IMG/VR virus record: IMGVR_UViG_3300029935_000001 | Span: 73,867-137,866 of that record | Reading direction: 5' to 3' (one strand) | From: a virus | Taxonomy: Duplodnaviria; Heunggongvirae; Uroviricota; Caudoviricetes | DNA length: 64,000 nucleotides | In this document: in pieces, positions 60,077-64,000 of the stretch | Numbering within the stretch: position 1 is the stretch's first letter | Layout of the letters: each line of letters starts with the position of its first letter | Program-made: the position numbers and the translations under genes | The notes under the pieces: model-generated | The model's input: the letters and a program-made list of their open reading frames with translations, nothing else | Told to the model about the DNA's origin: nothing | Databases searched by the model: none

Positions 60077-60832
60077 ATGGCTACTTTAGAGAAAGCTAAA
60101 CGAGAACTATTTGATGATGTAAGACTACGTTTAGGCGAAGGAATCGTTGACCTTGAGCTCGACCCTGCGCATTTAGAAAACGCGTATTACCAAGCAGTGT
60201 CTACATACCGTCAGCGGGCCAGTGCCGCATACGAGGAAAGTTATGCGATGCTCGAGCTCAAGGAAAACCAAAACACCTACACACTGCCGCAGGAAGTAAC
60301 ACACGTTAGGCAAATCTTTCGGCGCACAATGGGCGCAGCCACCGGGCCTTACAGTAGTTCTTTTGATCCGTTCTCTCAAGCATCCTTGAATGTGTATCTC
60401 ATCAACTACAGCAACGCAGGCGGTTTAGCAACCTACGATTTTTATACTCAATATGTTGAGTTAGCTGCTCGAATGTTTGGTGGGTTTATGAACTTTAACT
60501 TCAATCCTCACACCAAGCAGCTTACGTTGATGCGTGACCCTAAGGGCAGCGGCGAACCCATTTTGTTGTGGGTTTATAACATCCGCCCAGAAATTGCGCT
60601 ACTACAAGATTTTCAAATCAGCCCATGGCTTCGGCGTTACGCGACCGCAGCAGCTAAGCTAATCATTGGCGAAGCCCGCGAAAAGTTTACTACCATAGCT
60701 GGGCCGCAAGGCGGAACAGCGCTTAACGGTGCTCAAATGAAAGCCGAAGGCCAGGCTGAGGTAGACAAGTTGCTCGAAGAGCTACGATTCTACCAAGACG
60801 GGTCGATGAGTTTAACCTGGGTCACTGGCTGA
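60077..60832 (+). CDS. gp13: Neck protein, gp13-like
   Basis: RLGEGIVDLELDPAHL...GEAREKF..IAGPQGGTALNG; TAAATA at 60049 and GAGG RBS favour ATG 60077. Confidence 0.85.
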   Translation: MATLEKAKRELFDDVRLRLGEGIVDLELDPAHLENAYYQAVSTYRQRASAAYEESYAMLELKENQNTYTLPQEVTHVRQIFRRTMGAATGPYSSSFDPFSQASLNVYLINYSNAGGLATYDFYTQYVELAARMFGGFMNFNFNPHTKQLTLMRDPKGSGEPILLWVYNIRPEIALLQDFQISPWLRRYATAAAKLIIGEAREKFTTIAGPQGGTALNGAQMKAEGQAEVDKLLEELRFYQDGSMSLTWVTG

Positions 60833-60907
60833 TTTACTCTTTCTCCTTGTTTTACTTTAAAGCTCCAGTTATACTAAACTATATACGGTATAATAGGAGC
60901 TTTTATT

Positions 60908-61438
60908 TTGGATCTAATGATCGATCTTGAAGCACTGGACGTAACTCCCAGTGCTACCATTCTTACTATCGGCGCCCAGATGTTTGACCCACTTGGTGAG
61001 GGCATCCCTGCTGGCGACCACCACGCGCTCTATGCCCGCGTAACCCTTGAGTCCCAAGTGGACCGCACCATTGATGACGGCACTCTCGCATGGTGGGGTA
61101 CTCAGCCGCAGGAAGCGCAGGACGAGGTCTTTGCCGAGGAAGGCCGTATCCCACTACCTGAAATGCTTGAGCGCCTGTATAAGATGGTCTGGCAGTCCAA
61201 GCGGGTATGGGCCAATGGTGTAGTCTACGACATGTCCATCCTCGAGCACGCGTTCAAGCAAACCGGTATGGCCTTACCGTGGAAGTACCACGTGGTCCGT
61301 GACACCCGCACCGTCTACAGCCTATGGCCCAACCTACCCAAGCCCGAAGCCGCGCACCACGCACTCGATGACTGTTGGCGCCAGATTGCTCTACTCCAGG
61401 CTACCCTTCAGCACCTCGGTGTCAAGGAGTTGACTTGA
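60908..61438 (+). CDS. DEDDh 3'-5' exonuclease
   Basis: MIDLE, WANG..YD, RDTRT, HHALDD; TTG start. Confidence 0.88.
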   Translation: MDLMIDLEALDVTPSATILTIGAQMFDPLGEGIPAGDHHALYARVTLESQVDRTIDDGTLAWWGTQPQEAQDEVFAEEGRIPLPEMLERLYKMVWQSKRVWANGVVYDMSILEHAFKQTGMALPWKYHVVRDTRTVYSLWPNLPKPEAAHHALDDCWRQIALLQATLQHLGVKELT

Positions 61439-62112
61439 TAATCGGGCTCTCTGGCCTCATAGGCTCTGGTAAGTCAACTGTAGCCGACTACTTGGTGTCT
61501 GAGTACGGATTTGAGAAGATGGCGTTTGCTGACACCCTAAAGGACGTTTGCTCGGCGCTCTTCGGATGGGACCGAGCCCTGCTCGAAGGTGGCACCCCAG
61601 AATCTCGGGCCTGGCGCGACCAACCGGATCCATACTGGACCCAAGCTCTACAACGCACTGTGACACCGCGCTGGGCCCTTCAGAATATTGGCACTGATAT
61701 TATGCGCGAGCAATTTGATGACTACGTCTGGATCTACGCCCTATACCAAAAGTTGCTTCGCACTGATAGCAACGTAGTAGTAACTGACTGTCGGTTCTTC
61801 AACGAGCTCGACGCAGTCAAGAGAGCAGGCGGCGTACTTTGGTCGGTGCATCGGGGCACTCGTCCCACATGGTGGGCGCTGGCAGTGACCCTAAACATCA
61901 TTGACCCTAACGATTTGTCGATTGAAGCTACAGCTCAGCGAACGCACAAGCGCGATATGTTAGCGCTTCAAGGAGTACATCCGTCTGAGTATAGCTGGGC
62001 AGGGTACGATTATCAGGCTAAAATAGACAACAACGGTACTCGCGAGGACCTATACGCCCAGACTGATCAACTGTTGCGAGCAGAGTGCGAAAAGACCCTA
62101 AAAACGCCGTGA
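61435..62112 (+). CDS. Deoxynucleoside monophosphate kinase (T4 gp1-like)
   Basis: IIGLSGLIGSGKST, FADTLKD, PRWALQNIGTD, DCRFFNE, HPSE; TTG start overlaps the previous stop. Confidence 0.9.
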   Translation: MIIGLSGLIGSGKSTVADYLVSEYGFEKMAFADTLKDVCSALFGWDRALLEGGTPESRAWRDQPDPYWTQALQRTVTPRWALQNIGTDIMREQFDDYVWIYALYQKLLRTDSNVVVTDCRFFNELDAVKRAGGVLWSVHRGTRPTWWALAVTLNIIDPNDLSIEATAQRTHKRDMLALQGVHPSEYSWAGYDYQAKIDNNGTREDLYAQTDQLLRAECEKTLKTP

Positions 62113-62123
62113 GGCGTTTTTTT
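62100..62123 (+). terminator. Intrinsic terminator
   Basis: AAAAACGCC-GTGA-GGCGTTTTTTT. Confidence 0.88.
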
Positions 62124-62243
62124 GTGATCATATTTAGTGTTTCGGTGGAAGAATTTTTATGAGCAGATTAAAAAAGCCGTCGCAAACGGGCTATAAAATA
62201 AAAAAACGCTAAATAAAATAAACCAACTAAAAGGAATACACAC

Positions 62244-64000
62244 ATGGCATTAATATCTCCTGGAGTTCAAGTTAGCGTTATTGACGAAAGTCAGTATATA
62301 TCAGCGGCTACTAACTCTGTACCACTAATTGTTGTTGCAACTGCTCAGAATAAATCAGTTCCAAACGGTCAAGAAGTAGCGCCAGGCAGCGTCGGCGGTC
62401 AAATTGACACCGCATATCTGATTACCAGTCAGCGAGACTTAGTTAATACGTTTGGGGTTCCGTTCTTTTATAAGACCTCAGCTGGTACCCCAATTCATGG
62501 GTACGAGCTAAATGAATACGGGCTACTTGCTGCGTACTCTGTTCTTGGTGTGAGCAATCGTGCATATGTGATTCGCGCTGATATCGACTTGTCAGAACTT
62601 ACTGCCCGTCTCTCGCGTCCAACTGGAGAACCGTCGGACGGCTTGTACTGGCTTGATACCACTGAGACCCGCTGGGGAATATTCGAATGGAACAAAGATT
62701 CGGGGTTGTTTGTTAACCGAGTGCCATTGGTAATTTCGGATAGCAGTCAGTTGTCTGCAGGTGTGCCTATTGCAGCTCTTGGGTCACAAGGCTCGTATGC
62801 TGTGGTAACCACCTCAACCGAAAACCCAATTTATTTTAAAAATTCCGATAACGAATGGGTATTAGTAGGCAGCGCAGAGTGGGTTACTTCACACCCAATG
62901 ATACGAGGCGCAGTAGTTAGTCCTGTTCTAACTGGCACAGGCGTAATTAAGATTGACGACGTGTTTGTTTCGCTCGATGGCGGCACCACCTTAGGTGCCT
63001 TGGTGTCTGCTATAAACTCTGCTGCAATTCCAGGTCTTACAGCAGCAGCCGTGCGCGATAGACTCGAAGTTCGGTTGGACGCTGAAGCCCATGGCAAAGA
63101 TTACGTCGACTTGGACTTAGCATTAGGTTCGGCTGACGTTTGGGCTGAAGCTGGAGTCGAAGTGCGCAGACATTATGCGCCAAAATTCCAGCATGCTCCG
63201 CACACCCAAGTTCCGCGTTGGAGAGACGAGCGCCCAACGGGTTCGGTATGGATCAAGACTACAAACGCAAACCAAGGGTTCAGCATTGCAGTCAAGCGAT
63301 ACAATACTACTGTTTCTCAGTTTGCTGAGTTTCCGGCTCTTGCTTTTGAAAGTGATGCTGCTGCAAACCGTGCGTTTGATCCAGCAGGCGGCGGCCTTGC
63401 AATTCCAGCAAGAACCCTTTACGCACAATATGATGTCGAAGACAACCAAACAGCTACAATTCAACTTTTTGAGCGTTTCCGCAGTGGTCCTACTGTAATT
63501 TCGGGTTTAAACACCGATCCAGAATTTGCACCAACCGATGCGTTTAATGTGTATGTCTCGATTCGCGGAGCCGATCACCTCAGTGGGCCGTACGATGTAA
63601 CAGTCAACGGCACTACTGCGCTCGATTTTGCTGCTGCTGTTAGCAACGCCGCTATCCCAAACCTCGAAGTGCGGGTTACTGCAATCGGCACCGTTGAGTT
63701 CAAACACACTCAAGGTGGCGTCATTGTCCTCGAACCTACAGCGGGCAACCCGTTTGGTGTAGATGGAGTTAATTTAACTTCGGCTATTACAGGTGTGCGC
63801 GACGGTAACGCACCAGGGCGGATGGTTCTTAGCAATTGGATCCCGCTACAGTATGTTGCTGGTGAGCAAACCCCTGACAATAAGCCAGTTGATGGCCGCT
63901 TGTGGTACTACAGCGCAGTAAACGAAGTCGACGTTCTAATTAATGACAACGGCGGGTGGAAAAGCTATCGCACTGTTACAAACGACATCCGCGGCTTTAA
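62244..64000 (+). CDS. gp18: Tail sheath protein, partial (runs off the window end)
   Basis: ATG 62244 reads MALISPGVQVSVIDESQY...ITSQRDLVNTFG.P...HGYELNEYGLLAAYS; TAAATA at 62210 and AAGGA RBS. Confidence 0.9.
   Translation, partial: MALISPGVQVSVIDESQYISAATNSVPLIVVATAQNKSVPNGQEVAPGSVGGQIDTAYLITSQRDLVNTFGVPFFYKTSAGTPIHGYELNEYGLLAAYSVLGVSNRAYVIRADIDLSELTARLSRPTGEPSDGLYWLDTTETRWGIFEWNKDSGLFVNRVPLVISDSSQLSAGVPIAALGSQGSYAVVTTSTENPIYFKNSDNEWVLVGSAEWVTSHPMIRGAVVSPVLTGTGVIKIDDVFVSLDGGTTLGALVSAINSAAIPGLTAAAVRDRLEVRLDAEAHGKDYVDLDLALGSADVWAEAGVEVRRHYAPKFQHAPHTQVPRWRDERPTGSVWIKTTNANQGFSIAVKRYNTTVSQFAEFPALAFESDAAANRAFDPAGGGLAIPARTLYAQYDVEDNQTATIQLFERFRSGPTVISGLNTDPEFAPTDAFNVYVSIRGADHLSGPYDVTVNGTTALDFAAAVSNAAIPNLEVRVTAIGTVEFKHTQGGVIVLEPTAGNPFGVDGVNLTSAITGVRDGNAPGRMVLSNWIPLQYVAGEQTPDNKPVDGRLWYYSAVNEVDVLINDNGGWKSYRTVTNDIRGF

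Noticed and set aside
1-64000. tRNA genes or a recoded genetic code
   Set aside because: No cloverleaf with a T-loop was noticed, and core genes are full length under the standard code with TAA, TAG and TGA all used as stops.

Overview
A 64-kb segment of a large T4-like (myovirus, contractile-tail) phage genome, covering most of the virion morphogenesis module. It holds baseplate genes (gp6-, gp25-, gp5-, gp53-like), the late sigma factor gp55 with an intein, gp47/gp46, a gp26-like gene, a tape-measure-like protein with a GH19 domain, and portal, protease, scaffold and major capsid genes (gp20-gp23). A ~21-kb fibre/tailspike cluster follows, then neck genes (gp15/14/13), an exonuclease, a dNMP kinase and the start of the tail sheath. 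Late genes carry a TAAATA promoter box. Selfish nucleases are abundant: two GIY-YIG genes, two full Hef-like genes plus one relic, and a LAGLIDADG intein. The main unexplained element is a region of ~1 kb (19019-20000) with no credible CDS. It starts at a late promoter, lies next to a GIY-YIG gene and folds by eye into a multi-domain RNA with long-range helices and a pseudoknot, so it is a candidate large ncRNA. Other notable signals are a -1 frameshift site fusing the gp26-like gene to its neighbour (tail-chaperone G/GT logic), promoters inside RBS-occluding hairpins, and shared N- and C-terminal motifs among the fibre proteins. All calls come from motif recognition and manual base-pairing; no database search or folding program was run.
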